Below, one piece after another: positions 45,005 through 56,277 of a stretch of 64,000 nt of DNA. The notes below the pieces were generated by a model. That model saw only the letters and a program-made list of their open reading frames with translations, did no database searches and was not told the DNA's origin. The DNA lies in the IMG/VR virus record IMGVR_UViG_3300045973_000311; one strand, given 5' to 3'. Position 1 is the first letter of the stretch, and every line of letters starts with the position of its first letter. Source of the stretch: a virus. The translations under genes were made by a program, and so were the position numbers.

Positions 45005-45055
45005 GGTGGATCCTTTCATGGCGGGCGCCAGGCGCCCGCGTGGATTTCGTTGGGA

Positions 45056-47119
45056 TTAGTTCGGGTTCTTGACCAGGCCGCGGAAGTCGAGCGCCTTGAC
45101 GCCGGCGTCGATACGGACCTTGAATTCGACGCCATCGACCGTCCAGCCACCCTGCTGCTCGAGCGTCGGGGCGGAGTTTCCGTCCAGGTAGGCGACTTCG
45201 ATGGTGTCATGCATCGTCGGATTGGCCGAGCCGTACCAGGTCGTGGAGGACACGGTATCGAGACGGGCATCGGCGATGACTTCAAAGACGCCGCGCATCC
45301 AGTTCGGCGTCGTGTTATTGCGGGTCGAGGAACCGATTTCGTATTCGGAGTTGGCGACCTGTAGGGCCAGACCCTTGAGGGAGCGCGGCACGATCAGGTA
45401 GGCCATGCCGAGGTTGAGCGTGTTGTTGGAAGCATCGACCTGCTTGGCCATGGCGGCATCGGCGGCATCGACCGAGGTGGTCGAGATCGCAGCAGCCGTC
45501 AGGAGGTTGTTGTGCGTGGCGTGGAAGAGTGCGACGGTATCGGCCATCGCCGGGTTGGAGGTCAGCACGGCATAGACCAGGTTGCCGACAGTGCGGATCG
45601 CGGCGCGACCCATCTTGTTTGGCACGCGGGTGAAGGCATCGAGATCATCGTTGATGATGGCCTGGCGATTGATCGAGAACATGCGGCCGTAGGTAGCCAG
45701 CTGGATCTGTTCGCCACGGTCGCCGATGGTAGCGTACTTGTACTCGGCACCCGGTGCGACTTCGAGCAGGGCCGGGAAGGTATTGAGGTCGACTCGCTTG
45801 GCAGCCTTGAAGTCGGGCAGGTTACCGATCGAGGTCCATTGCTGGAAGGTTTCTTCGGCTTCATCGTAGCCCTTGAGCATGGACTTGTTGGCGACGTCAG
45901 CCAGCAGGTTGTCGAAGTCGCTGGTCGAGTGCGTGAACGCGGCTGCGACGACGGCCATCTTATCCATGCCCTTGGTGCTGATGTTTTTGCGATGGAGGGT
46001 GGCACGGGCAAATTCCATGAGCGAATAGCCGCGGAATTCGTTGCTCGGGTCGTTGGCGAGCAGGCCGGAGCGGATCATGATGCCGGAGATGGCTGCGGCG
46101 CGGAACTTGTCGTGCTCATCTTCGATGGTCATGACGAGACCGCCGCCGAGCGGTTCGGCATTGCGGCCGATCTGCTGCAGGAGCTGGGCCCGATAAGATT
46201 CGACCGAGGTGGCCGGATTATCCAGGGCGTTGTTGGTGACGGCGGCGATATCGGCACGGGCCATGAAGGGCTTGGCGATAGCCTTGATTTGGTTACGGCG
46301 GCTGGCTTCCTGTTGCAGGGCCTGGGCACGGACGTCATCGACATCGATGGCCAGCGAGGCATCGAATACATCAGAGCCTGCTGCATTAGGCGCCACGGGA
46401 GCCGGCGTAGTCTGGTTCGGGGTGGCGGCGTTGGGGGCAGCCGCGGGCGGGGTCGTGCGGTTTTGCATAGCAATTTCCTTTACGGAAGGTTGAGCGGCGG
46501 CTGCCGCGGGTGGATTTACCCGGCGAGCGGGTGGGACAAAACGGTTTTGGGTGTAGGTGGCAGCAATCGGCAGGCCGGCGACGATGTTGTCGATAAAGCC
46601 GGCATCCTTGGCTTCGGCGGCGGTGTACCAGTGGTCTTCACGCGAGGTGAGGATGGCGAGTGCTTCATCCTGGCTGATACCGCCCGGGCGGACATAGGCG
46701 GTGGACATGGCGGCGGCCCATTTGTCAAGCAGGTTGGCTCGATCGCGCAGTTCCTGGGCATTCCCGGCGATACCGCACCAGGGTGCGTGGATCATAAGCA
46801 TGGCGTTATCGGCCATGTCGATCGTGTCGCCAGCCATGAGAATGAGCGAGGCTACGGAGAGCGCCTGGCCGTCATTGCAGGTAGTGACGTTGGCCTTATG
46901 CCGGCGCAGGGCATTGAAGATGGCTAGGCCGTCCGGCACGCTGCCGCCGATGGAGTTGACGCGGACGTTCAAGGTATTGACGTCGAGATCCTTGATATCG
47001 GCGACGAACTGGGCAGCGGTGACCGATTCTTCATACCAGCTCTGGCCGATATCGCCGTAAATGAAGACATCGGCGCTTTTCGCAGCGGCGCGGGCCTGAA
47101 TGGTGTACCAGGGTTTCAT
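45056..47119 (-). CDS. Protease-capsid fusion (repeat copy)
   Basis: Same translation as 7578..9641. Confidence 0.9.
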   Translation of the reverse strand: MKPWYTIQARAAAKSADVFIYGDIGQSWYEESVTAAQFVADIKDLDVNTLNVRVNSIGGSVPDGLAIFNALRRHKANVTTCNDGQALSVASLILMAGDTIDMADNAMLMIHAPWCGIAGNAQELRDRANLLDKWAAAMSTAYVRPGGISQDEALAILTSREDHWYTAAEAKDAGFIDNIVAGLPIAATYTQNRFVPPARRVNPPAAAAAQPSVKEIAMQNRTTPPAAAPNAATPNQTTPAPVAPNAAGSDVFDASLAIDVDDVRAQALQQEASRRNQIKAIAKPFMARADIAAVTNNALDNPATSVESYRAQLLQQIGRNAEPLGGGLVMTIEDEHDKFRAAAISGIMIRSGLLANDPSNEFRGYSLMEFARATLHRKNISTKGMDKMAVVAAAFTHSTSDFDNLLADVANKSMLKGYDEAEETFQQWTSIGNLPDFKAAKRVDLNTFPALLEVAPGAEYKYATIGDRGEQIQLATYGRMFSINRQAIINDDLDAFTRVPNKMGRAAIRTVGNLVYAVLTSNPAMADTVALFHATHNNLLTAAAISTTSVDAADAAMAKQVDASNNTLNLGMAYLIVPRSLKGLALQVANSEYEIGSSTRNNTTPNWMRGVFEVIADARLDTVSSTTWYGSANPTMHDTIEVAYLDGNSAPTLEQQGGWTVDGVEFKVRIDAGVKALDFRGLVKNPN

Positions 47120-48633
47120 TGTTGGGATTCCGGTAAGTTGGGGTCTGGATGGATGACGGACACAGGCGATGCGGAAGGCTTGGGCGCGAGGTTTGCGTCT
47201 TTTTTCATGCGCTCCCACTTGGCTTGCTGATCGACGACATCGCGCGGGTTGGCGCCACGGCGGCGGATGATTTCCGGGCCGCTGATGTAGTTGTTTTCCT
47301 CGAGGAGCTGCAGGCCTTCGGCTTCCTTCTTCGGATCGATCCAGGGCATTTGCTGGGAGATGAACAGAGCGTCATCCAGTGTGTCGCGATCCAGTTCGCC
47401 GGGCAGTTTCAGCAGGCCGGAAAGTTCAGCTAGAGCGACGAATCGTTTCCACAAGGGCTCGACGATCTGCGACGTAAACGCTTCGGCGAGAACGGCGTAG
47501 TGCACCCACTGCTCGACGAGCTCCTGGCGCTGGGCACTGTAGGTGCCGTTGTAGTTGCGCGACAGGCTTGAATGACTGGTACCTAGACCGGCTGCCGCGG
47601 CGCGTAACTGGCCATCGCGATGCGCCGGCAAATTGACGTTGGGGCGGTTGGTATCGATGGTGCCGATTTCTTCACCAGGGGCCAAATCGTCGAAAATCAT
47701 GCCGGGCTGGAAGCGCATCGAGCGGGCGATGGGATTACCGTTGGAATCCTTGTTGCCGTCGTACAGATCCGGCGTACCCTTCTTGATGTACGCGGCCATG
47801 CTGGCGGCGATCTTAGCAGCGATGCGTTCGGATTCTTCGTAATCCTTGAGATCCTCGAGGCGGGTGATGACGCTGGCGAAGATGGAAACGCCGCGGCTCT
47901 GCCCGATGCGATCGATCAGTTTGAGGTGCAGCATGCGCTCGGCAGGAATGATCCGGATATCCTGCGATTGCGTCATGTAGTTCATCAGGTTGAGATAGCC
48001 GTTACCCGGATGTACCTTGAAAACGCGATAGGCTTTGGCCTGCCCCCAGGCATTGCGGGCGATACCGCCCTGCCCGTCCTTGATGAATAGTTCATCTTCA
48101 GTAGGGACTTGTTCCGGCTCGAGCAGCTCGATGGATAGCGGCACCTTGGTGCGATGATCGAGCAGCGGGACATTGCCTTCGAGGAGCTGGGCAAAGGATT
48201 CGCCATCGCGCAGCCAGGTACGGCACATGAGGCGCTGGCAGGCGGCCATGTTGTGCATGTAGGTGACTTCGGGCGTTTGACAGAAGTCTTTCCAGAGCTT
48301 GCTGAGCTGCAGGGCTACATCGTCGAGGATTTCTCCGGAGACGGAGCGCGGCTGCGGTTCAATGGCGATACCGTTGGGTCCGACGATATTGTTGACCATC
48401 GTGCTGAGCGCCCCGCGGGCCAGATCGTGGTTGCGATCGAGATGGCGAGCTTGGGCACGAATAGCACGGGCTTCCTTGCGGGCATGCAGATCGCCGGAGA
48501 AATGGTCATGGCTGAATTTGCGCAACGTGCTGGGCCGGGATGACTCATAGCCGGCCATGAGGGCGCGAAAACGCGAGCGGCGAAAGGCGCTCTCCGGCGA
48601 GACGTAGGCGACCAGCCGATCAAGAATGTTCAC
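47116..48633 (-). CDS. Portal protein (repeat copy)
   Basis: Same translation as 9638..11155. Confidence 0.93.
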   Translation of the reverse strand: MNILDRLVAYVSPESAFRRSRFRALMAGYESSRPSTLRKFSHDHFSGDLHARKEARAIRAQARHLDRNHDLARGALSTMVNNIVGPNGIAIEPQPRSVSGEILDDVALQLSKLWKDFCQTPEVTYMHNMAACQRLMCRTWLRDGESFAQLLEGNVPLLDHRTKVPLSIELLEPEQVPTEDELFIKDGQGGIARNAWGQAKAYRVFKVHPGNGYLNLMNYMTQSQDIRIIPAERMLHLKLIDRIGQSRGVSIFASVITRLEDLKDYEESERIAAKIAASMAAYIKKGTPDLYDGNKDSNGNPIARSMRFQPGMIFDDLAPGEEIGTIDTNRPNVNLPAHRDGQLRAAAAGLGTSHSSLSRNYNGTYSAQRQELVEQWVHYAVLAEAFTSQIVEPLWKRFVALAELSGLLKLPGELDRDTLDDALFISQQMPWIDPKKEAEGLQLLEENNYISGPEIIRRRGANPRDVVDQQAKWERMKKDANLAPKPSASPVSVIHPDPNLPESQQ

Positions 48634-48845
48634 GAGAAATCCGCCTGGCTGAATCCGGCCCTACCGAAGCCCATTTGGCTGCGGTTTTCAGCGGCGACGC
48701 GGCGTTCGAGGTTTTCGCGTTCCTTGCGGACTTCGGCGAGGTTGGCGAGGGTCAGCGTACGATCACCGAGCTGTGTGGATTGCCCGAGGAGAATCTTTTT
48801 CTCGGCAGCAAGGTAAAGGGTGAGGAGGTCGGAGGCAGTAGACAT
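48630..48845 (-). CDS. gpW-like protein (repeat copy)
   Basis: Same translation as 11152..11367. Confidence 0.75.
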   Translation of the reverse strand: MSTASDLLTLYLAAEKKILLGQSTQLGDRTLTLANLAEVRKERENLERRVAAENRSQMGFGRAGFSQADFS

Positions 48846-48904
48846 GCCCCCGATGGTAGGGATTTGGTTGTCCGGTTTCTTCCCATAAAACCGGAATTTG
48901 TCGT

Positions 48905-49204
48905 CTAGGAGCGGCCGACTATTTCATAAAGCCGGCTTTTGCTGATTCCGTATTTGTGCATGATCTGGTCCCGGTTTCTGCCGTTGAATTCGGCCCGTAT
49001 GCTTTCGTCCCGCGTGCTTTTGTCTTCGGCCGGGATATAGATTTCCTGCCCGCCAAGGCGACGTCGCAGGCCGCGCGTGAGGGCAGCGGCGATCTGTTCG
49101 GCGAAATGGTCGGTGAAGCCGATTTCCTCGCGAACGATGACGGACATTTCGTTGAGGAGTTCGGTGGCGGCGATCTTTTCGCCGAGTCGATCCTTGATAG
49201 TCAT
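48905..49204 (-). CDS. Mor-family activator (repeat copy)
   Basis: Same translation as 11427..11726. Confidence 0.85.
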   Translation of the reverse strand: MTIKDRLGEKIAATELLNEMSVIVREEIGFTDHFAEQIAAALTRGLRRRLGGQEIYIPAEDKSTRDESIRAEFNGRNRDQIMHKYGISKSRLYEIVGRS

Positions 49205-51228
49205 AAGCGAGTACTCCAGGCATCACTGACCAGCGGTTTTTCCGGTCGGGCTTTTGGGGTCGCCGGCGTTTGGGGTGGAGGCGCTAAGCTGGACGACGGC
49301 GAGACGTAGACCGGCGGACGGTCGACGGGCGGTGTTGTGGGCGTTGTTGTGGGTGTTGCATCTGTGACAGACGTGTGCACTGGTGAGGCGAACAGATCCG
49401 TGATGGCCGGGATGACACGGCGGCGCAGGGTTGCCCAGTCTTGCGGGGTCTTGCGATGGAGGCCGAGAAAATAGGCAGCAGCCAGGTTATAGACGGATGT
49501 ATCGAGGGCTTCGTTGCGGTCGGCTTTGTTTTTTACCCATTCGCTGATGCGATGGCCTTTGCGATAACGGGTCAGACGTCGTTCGGCCGTTAGCTGCTTG
49601 TAGTACTCGTCCGGCAGATCCTTGGAGAAATGGATGGCGCCGGGACCGGTTTCGAGATTCCAGCGGCTGGCCAACCAGTCTTTGGCGGTATCGGTACCAA
49701 TGAACCAGAGTTCGACACCGCGCGGATCCGAGCGGCCGCGGAAATTGACGTCCATTTTGCTGGGCTTGTTGGCGATGATCGGCCGCCCTGGACGTGAGGC
49801 GCCCTTGATGGCCAGTATCTTCCGGTTTCGGCGCAGGCGGCAGTAGTTGTACACATCCTGAGTATTGGCTCCGCCGGAGTCGATACAGGTTGCGCTGATT
49901 GGCAAGGGCGTGCCGGAGGGGTGCGGCAGGTATTCGCCTAGGATGCCATCGAGATCGCGCCAGACGGCATCTTCGGCGGGCGATCCCCAGATGACTTGAT
50001 GGTCGATCGTCCAGCGCTCCATGCCTTCGCCCCAGCCGATGATATCCAGCTCGAGGCGATTCGGCTGGACGTCGACGGCGGATGTAAGGACGAGGCAGGC
50101 CGCGGGAATGGTACGCAAGCGGAAATCTTCGGCACGCGCCTTGAGCTGATCGGATTTGGCGCTTTCTTCGCTGGGGTTCCATACCCGCGCCAGGCGGGTG
50201 TTGTAGAAAACCTGCATGGCCTCCTGATCACCCCGGGCGAGCGCGGCCTTGGCCTTTTCGTATTGCTTGGCAAGCGAGAGCCAGGATACCCAGCCGAGGG
50301 GCGCATTGAGGGCCGAGAGTTCAAAGCTGACTGTACGTCCGCCATCGCCTTCAGTTTGGGCGATCCACACGCCACGTGGGAGCATGTTGGATTTTTCGTG
50401 CTCCTGGATCTCGCCACCACACTCGGGACAAACGGACCAGGCAACAGTAAGGGCGGCATCGTACTTGATGCGTTCCCACTCGATGATATGGTAATGATCA
50501 CAATGCGGGCAGGGGACGTGGTACCGGCGCTGGTCGCCTTCTTCGTAGAGGATCTGGATCCGACTGGCACCAAAGAGCGTGGGCGAGCTGGAAAAGTATA
50601 TTTTGGCCTGGTATTCGAAAGTGCTGGTCCGGGCCTCAGCGAGCTCGACGGGATCGCCTTCGCCGTCGACCGAGGTATCCCAGCGGTCGATTTCGTCGCC
50701 ATAGACGTATCGGGCGGGAATTTCGGCGAGATTCGAGGCGCTGCCGGCGGTTGTGATGTAGAGCGTCCCGCCGTCGAATTCTTTAGTATCAGCCGTGTTT
50801 TTGCTGTCGCGCGATCGCGGCTCGGCGACGCGCTCGCGAAGCTCCGGAATGGCCTTGATCGTTTCGGCAATACGGGAGGAAACGCGCTTGGCAATGCCCA
50901 AGGTAGGCAACAGTGTGAGTATGTTGGCCGGCGCCTGGTGAATGCTGGCAGCGATCCAGTTGAGCCCGACCTGCGTCTTGAGCAGCTGCGATGCGCCTTT
51001 GACGATGACGCGCCGGCATGGGTGGCCAGGTGACAGGCAGCGCATGACATCGCGAGCATAGGGCGTGCGATCGGTACGATAGGGGCCGGATTCGGCGGCG
51101 CCTGATTTTTTCGGGATGACCATGTAACGGTCAGACCATTCGTCGACGAGCATGGAAGGATCCGGCTGGACGCCAGCAGAGAAGCCGTCCATGTAGATCT
51201 GGTAGCCGTCGGCAATCTGGTTGTCCAT
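49201..51228 (-). CDS. Terminase large subunit (repeat copy)
   Basis: Same translation as 11723..13750. Confidence 0.95.
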   Translation of the reverse strand: MDNQIADGYQIYMDGFSAGVQPDPSMLVDEWSDRYMVIPKKSGAAESGPYRTDRTPYARDVMRCLSPGHPCRRVIVKGASQLLKTQVGLNWIAASIHQAPANILTLLPTLGIAKRVSSRIAETIKAIPELRERVAEPRSRDSKNTADTKEFDGGTLYITTAGSASNLAEIPARYVYGDEIDRWDTSVDGEGDPVELAEARTSTFEYQAKIYFSSSPTLFGASRIQILYEEGDQRRYHVPCPHCDHYHIIEWERIKYDAALTVAWSVCPECGGEIQEHEKSNMLPRGVWIAQTEGDGGRTVSFELSALNAPLGWVSWLSLAKQYEKAKAALARGDQEAMQVFYNTRLARVWNPSEESAKSDQLKARAEDFRLRTIPAACLVLTSAVDVQPNRLELDIIGWGEGMERWTIDHQVIWGSPAEDAVWRDLDGILGEYLPHPSGTPLPISATCIDSGGANTQDVYNYCRLRRNRKILAIKGASRPGRPIIANKPSKMDVNFRGRSDPRGVELWFIGTDTAKDWLASRWNLETGPGAIHFSKDLPDEYYKQLTAERRLTRYRKGHRISEWVKNKADRNEALDTSVYNLAAAYFLGLHRKTPQDWATLRRRVIPAITDLFASPVHTSVTDATPTTTPTTPPVDRPPVYVSPSSSLAPPPQTPATPKARPEKPLVSDAWSTRL

Positions 51229-51803
51229 TAGTCAGACGCCTTTGAGAAGCCGGCTTGCGCTAGCTGAGACAGCGCATCGAGAACCTTGCGCAGTTCTTCG
51301 CTCATCCTTGCTTCGATCGCGCGAGCATCCCCTTGCGCAGCTAGTTCCGACGCCATGCGCGAGGGGATAGAAAGGATCATGTCTCGCAATTGACGACCAC
51401 TGTCATAGCCAGCTCGACGCACTTCATCCTTGTCGACCAGTTGGCCTGAGTCTTTGGCAAGCGCCAGCCGAGCCCGATTGAGCTCAACGATCTCGCGCTC
51501 TGTTTTCGCGTCCCAATAACGGTTGCCCTCTTCGCGCTTCCCGCCGGAGGCTTGATCGCCGCTTTTTGGCGCAGCCGTTTCGCGTCCGGCATTGGCACGG
51601 GCAGACTGGTCCGGATCCGTATTGCTGTCCCATTGAATGTCAGCCACCTCGGGATCAATCTTCGCCCTGCCTTTTTCATCTAGGATGGTCGTAATCCGAC
51701 CGGACTCGATTGCCTTCTGGACGGCGCGCAAGGTAATTCCAGGCAGGCCGTGTGTTTCGCGATGGCGGGCGTATTCGCGGTACCCCATCAACTGACGACT
51801 CAC
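51228..51803 (-). CDS. Terminase small subunit (repeat copy)
   Basis: Same translation as 13750..14325. Confidence 0.8.
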   Translation of the reverse strand: MSRQLMGYREYARHRETHGLPGITLRAVQKAIESGRITTILDEKGRAKIDPEVADIQWDSNTDPDQSARANAGRETAAPKSGDQASGGKREEGNRYWDAKTEREIVELNRARLALAKDSGQLVDKDEVRRAGYDSGRQLRDMILSIPSRMASELAAQGDARAIEARMSEELRKVLDALSQLAQAGFSKASD

Positions 51804-51948
51804 TTTGACACCCGATCAGACCAATCGACAACCCGAACGACTACCCCGACGAAACCCCACCCACTAGCACAAAAACGAGGTGCGAATGTCCCGTGTTCCG
51901 ATGGTTCCGGGAGGACCCGTGACGGGTCGATGGGGTGAGGCGTCGAGA

Positions 51949-52725
51949 TCATAGGCCACGCTCCTGGAGCATCTGGTCGAGGTACTGGCCGAACGCATGC
52001 TTGAATTCTTTAAGGGCTTCACGTTCGCCAACACCATAGAAGTCGAGACGGCGACGGTAAGACGGGGAATGGACAAAGAGGATGATCGGTTTTATCGAGC
52101 TGCCATGGGCCAGAGTGAAACGCTGGTAAATACCGGCCTTGAGTTTTCCGTGTGGCTTGACCAGGGCGAAGTAGGCGAATCCACGTTGACCATTGCGCTT
52201 GTCTTTGCCAAGGCGTGTCCGCGTTCGATCAGTCATATTAGCTTTGTAGCCCTGTTCGCCCATGGCGTTGAACCATGCCAGTATCTGGACGATCTGACTT
52301 CCCTTGAGGTTACCGTAAGGGTCTATCTGTGCTGCAATAGTGGGCACACAGAACATACCGGCTGGCAGGATCCCCATCCTGTTCAGTGCTTTCTCGAATC
52401 GTTTGAGATGACGGTTTCCACCAAAGATCTCGGCATTCAAAACCTGATCGACCGAGACACCAGTCTTGTTTCCCCATCGATCGAAGTCAATGGTTGCACT
52501 CAGCTTGTCGAGACTGGCCTTGGCATAGCGGACCGACCCCATCACCCAGGGCGTGGGGCGATCGAACACTGATGCCATCTCTGCTTTAGTTGCCTGGGCC
52601 CCGACATATGCTGCAGAGTTCAAAGCAGATGCTATAGCCGTCTTGATCTTGCTGTCAGACAACCCGCGCCGGCGAGCCTGCATAGCAGCGAGAGCAGATG
52701 TATCGACTTTGACGTTGATGGACAT
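51949..52725 (-). CDS. Conserved phage protein (repeat copy)
   Basis: Same translation as 14471..15247. Confidence 0.55.
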   Translation of the reverse strand: MSINVKVDTSALAAMQARRRGLSDSKIKTAIASALNSAAYVGAQATKAEMASVFDRPTPWVMGSVRYAKASLDKLSATIDFDRWGNKTGVSVDQVLNAEIFGGNRHLKRFEKALNRMGILPAGMFCVPTIAAQIDPYGNLKGSQIVQILAWFNAMGEQGYKANMTDRTRTRLGKDKRNGQRGFAYFALVKPHGKLKAGIYQRFTLAHGSSIKPIILFVHSPSYRRRLDFYGVGEREALKEFKHAFGQYLDQMLQERGL

Positions 52726-53124
52726 TATGGATTCCAGTATTGACAGGCTGATCCCCGATCATCGGGAAGGCGGCGTAGATGATTGCCCGGGCAATAGGCA
52801 AAGGGGGTGTCGATAGGCTGGGCGCAGTAGCCGGGATCGGACTTGCCGACGCGCGTCAGGTGAGCGCAGGTCGTACAGACGTGTGCCGGGCGAATCTGCG
52901 GGATGGGCATCGGGACGTGGTAAGTAGCAGCCGTTGTCTTGCACCAGCCGGCCCACTGGCTGATCAGCAGACGATCACCCGAATTGAGCGTCGCACGGAT
53001 TGCCTCGCCGACTTCATCGGCATCGGCTTTGGTCCATTCGCCATTGGCCAGGCGAGCGGAAACGATCCGGTTGAGATCGGTGCGCATCTGATCGCGAAGT
53101 GAGTCGAGTTCGCTCATCGCCATG

Positions 53125-53382
53125 TTCCCAACCTTCCCAACCTAGTTTTTGAGGTTGGGAACATCCGTTCCTTGTCCTGCCTGCTTCTTCCCAACCTTCC
53201 CAACCTTCCCAACCTTTTTTCATGGTCATCATGCGCGTGCACGTACACGCGTGGGTGTGTGCGTCCGTGCACACGGGAGCGGAGGTTGGGAACGTTGGGA
53301 AGGTTGGGAACTCCCTTGTGCTGAAAGGCTTTCAACTTCCCAACATCGGAACACAGGTTGGGAAGGTTGGGAAGGTTGGGAA
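53125..53382. repeat. Iteron-like origin array (repeat copy)
   Basis: Same repeat arrangement as 15647..15904. Confidence 0.75.
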
Positions 53383-53426
53383 GCGGGAGGAAGATCATGC
53401 CGGGAAGTTCCAGGCGACATATCGGG

Positions 53427-55808
53427 CTAGATGTAGCCATGGTCCACCTCCTCCTTTGCAGGAACCGTGCCACGCATCTCAAGCGCCATCATCTGGGGCG
53501 AAAGGTACAGGCGTCGTTCGCCGGGGTCAGCCGCTAGACGTTGTTCCTTTCGGCCGCAGCCGAGCTTCTTGAGGACGATACCGAGCCGTGTAACGATGGC
53601 CGGGGTCAGCTTGTCGGCAGTCAGGTTGAGACCGTCACGCGCCGCCTCCGCCATTGAGAACGGCACCATGCGGGTTTTCACCCAATCGAGCAGAATGTCC
53701 TCGAAGGGCTCCTGCATGCCGCGTTTGGCCTGTTCCGGCGTGAATAGGCGCTTTTGTTCCTCCGGTGAGGGGTAGGCCTTCTCCCCGGCCTGAAAATCAG
53801 CCAGCGCCTCGGCGTACATCTGCGGCAAGGCATCCCGCAAGCCGTCTAGATTGAACTCATCGCCGCACATGATCGGCCAGAAACGGCGCCCGCCGGTCGC
53901 ATCCTTGAGGTATTCCTCCTCGTTGGTGGTCCCGATGAAGACGTTTTGGCGCGGTACCTTGATCAGGCGCTGGCCATAGGGTGGGCGGAATTCATCCTCT
54001 TGCCGGCTGAGGAATGACTTTTGTTTGCGCTCCTCAGCCTTCATGAGCGAGCCCAGCTCCGCGATCTCATAGACCCAATGCCCCGGCAAGGCCAGAAGAG
54101 AATCTTTGTTTGACAGGTCGAGGTCGGTATCGCAGAACCAGTGCCAGGCCAGAAGCCGGGCAACAGTTGATTTCCCCCTGCCCTGCTCACCCTCGAGCAC
54201 CAGGGCGTAGTCAAACTTGCAGCCGGGCCGCATGACGCGCTGAATCATGCCGCGTAGAAAGAACTTGCCGACCAGCTGCGTGTATTCAGTCTTAACCACG
54301 CCCAGAAAATCGCTCAGCCAATCACCATTGCGCGATATGCCGTCCCATGGTGCGAGCTTGGCCAGCGCCTCACGGACCGGGTGATACTTTCGGTCACGGG
54401 CCATCGATTCGACGGCCTTGCCGACCGTCATCGGCGAAAACTCAACACGCCAGGTGCGCTGCATCCAGATCGTTGCCTTAACATCGAGGTGATCTGACCA
54501 CTCCCCTGCTGCCGGCCCATTCGGATCGAACGGCAGCGGTTTTCGAAATACCGTTCGTTCCGAGAATTCGTCATAGGCGATCACATCCGTCCAGGCGTGG
54601 GCATGCGACAAGATCAGCTCCGCATTGGCCAGACAACTCGACAGCTCGCCCTTTTTGCTGATCAGGTCGCGTTCCCAGTTATGGTCAGGCGGAACTTCTC
54701 CGAATTCCGGAGGAGGATCATCGGAAGGAGCCCCGTCCCCCGCGGGAGCATTTTTCGCGGCCGGCGCTTTCCGGGCAGGCCTCGTGGCCTTGCGCTTCTT
54801 CGCTTTCAACCAGGGGCTTTCCCAGCCCGCTGCTTCGGCCTTCTTAAAGATGGCGCCGACGCTGGTCATTTCACCCTTGAACGTCTTCCAGCGCTTTTCC
54901 GTATCGGCGGCGCCGGCGTAGTTGGGCGCCCTGGACGACCACGCATCCCACAGGGCATAACCGGCGGCTCCAAGGCTCGCCCGGCAGGCTTGCCCTATGG
55001 CTATCCATTCCTCGTAATCAGACGGGTCAATGAAAGTCAGCGCCTCTTCGGCCAGGGCCACGGTTTGAGCCAGGCTGCGCTGAAAACCATCCGGACTGGC
55101 TGGAATATTAGCGGGCGCAGGCGGGTCTTCGGAAGCCGCAGCCGGCTTTACCTTGCCCGCCTCGACGGTCGCTTTCAGCCGGGCCAGCGTGCGCGGTGGC
55201 ATAGGGTTGATGGCGAGTGATGCGCCTGGCCAGACCCGGCCGGTGAAGGTGAAGAACTGGGCACCGATGAAGACCTCGACGCCGACCTTGTTCGACTTGA
55301 AAGTACGCAGGCCTTCGGCATGTTCCTGCGCGCAGAATATATGCACACCCTTGCCAGACGGGCTCAACTCGGTGTAGCTATCACAGGCATCGATGATCGC
55401 CTCGCAGCGCTCCGAGATCTCGCCTGTCTCGGGATCGATCATGCCGTCCAGGTCGATACCGATCAGACCATCATCGGGCAGGAAGGCGAAACCAACACCA
55501 TCGAAATCGCCACGCGATACTGCAGCCACCGCGTCGACCAATGTCACCAGTCGCTTACGATCCTTGTCGCTACCCTGGTCACTGAAGCGCCGACCGCCAT
55601 CCGCATAATGCGGCATCTTGCGGTACTTCTTTTCCTCAGTTTCTCCAGGACGATAGCCCCAGACTAGCCACTGCGGTCGATCTGCAAGCTCAGAAAGCAC
55701 CGATGGAGGATCTGGCACCGGATTCCGTCGCCTGTAATCGGCGCGATAATCCGGCAGCGCCGCCCAAGGCCACGCTGGCGCTACTCCCTGATTATTGTTT
55801 TCCGACAT
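53427..55808 (-). CDS. Primase-helicase (repeat copy)
   Basis: Same translation as 15949..18330. Confidence 0.9.
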   Translation of the reverse strand: MSENNNQGVAPAWPWAALPDYRADYRRRNPVPDPPSVLSELADRPQWLVWGYRPGETEEKKYRKMPHYADGGRRFSDQGSDKDRKRLVTLVDAVAAVSRGDFDGVGFAFLPDDGLIGIDLDGMIDPETGEISERCEAIIDACDSYTELSPSGKGVHIFCAQEHAEGLRTFKSNKVGVEVFIGAQFFTFTGRVWPGASLAINPMPPRTLARLKATVEAGKVKPAAASEDPPAPANIPASPDGFQRSLAQTVALAEEALTFIDPSDYEEWIAIGQACRASLGAAGYALWDAWSSRAPNYAGAADTEKRWKTFKGEMTSVGAIFKKAEAAGWESPWLKAKKRKATRPARKAPAAKNAPAGDGAPSDDPPPEFGEVPPDHNWERDLISKKGELSSCLANAELILSHAHAWTDVIAYDEFSERTVFRKPLPFDPNGPAAGEWSDHLDVKATIWMQRTWRVEFSPMTVGKAVESMARDRKYHPVREALAKLAPWDGISRNGDWLSDFLGVVKTEYTQLVGKFFLRGMIQRVMRPGCKFDYALVLEGEQGRGKSTVARLLAWHWFCDTDLDLSNKDSLLALPGHWVYEIAELGSLMKAEERKQKSFLSRQEDEFRPPYGQRLIKVPRQNVFIGTTNEEEYLKDATGGRRFWPIMCGDEFNLDGLRDALPQMYAEALADFQAGEKAYPSPEEQKRLFTPEQAKRGMQEPFEDILLDWVKTRMVPFSMAEAARDGLNLTADKLTPAIVTRLGIVLKKLGCGRKEQRLAADPGERRLYLSPQMMALEMRGTVPAKEEVDHGYI

Positions 55809-55818
55809 GGATAGCCTG

Positions 55819-56277
55819 TTATTCGGCCATTTCTTCCAGTCGGCTCAGCATCGCCGTCATGGCGGCCTGAACCTTATAGATCGCCTGGCGAACCTCGTGA
55901 ATCTCATGTTTCTCAACCCGGCCATCGGCCAGCGTTTCATCCATGGCCCGGCCGACATCGCCATTGGCCCGCCAGACCTGTGTCACCAGCTCGAGTACAG
56001 CAAGGTCTGAGGCTAGCGATCCTTCATCGGGCAGCTTGATGAAAACACCGTTGCGCCGGGCCGCCTCGGCATGGGCAAGCTCGTCGGAGTTACACAGGTC
56101 GATGATCGCTTCGGCAGAATCAACGGACAGGAAATGTCGTTCATTGCCGCACAACTGATTGCGCAGTATCTGCGGCTTAACCACCCGATCCCGCGAACTC
56201 ATCGCCGCCGCTAAAGCCTCAATACCGCCCGGAAACTTCCGAGCTGCGCGATGCACTGCCAGTCTTAGATCGCTCAT
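55819..56277 (-). CDS. CII-like protein (repeat copy)
   Basis: Same translation as 18341..18799. Confidence 0.75.
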   Translation of the reverse strand: MSDLRLAVHRAARKFPGGIEALAAAMSSRDRVVKPQILRNQLCGNERHFLSVDSAEAIIDLCNSDELAHAEAARRNGVFIKLPDEGSLASDLAVLELVTQVWRANGDVGRAMDETLADGRVEKHEIHEVRQAIYKVQAAMTAMLSRLEEMAE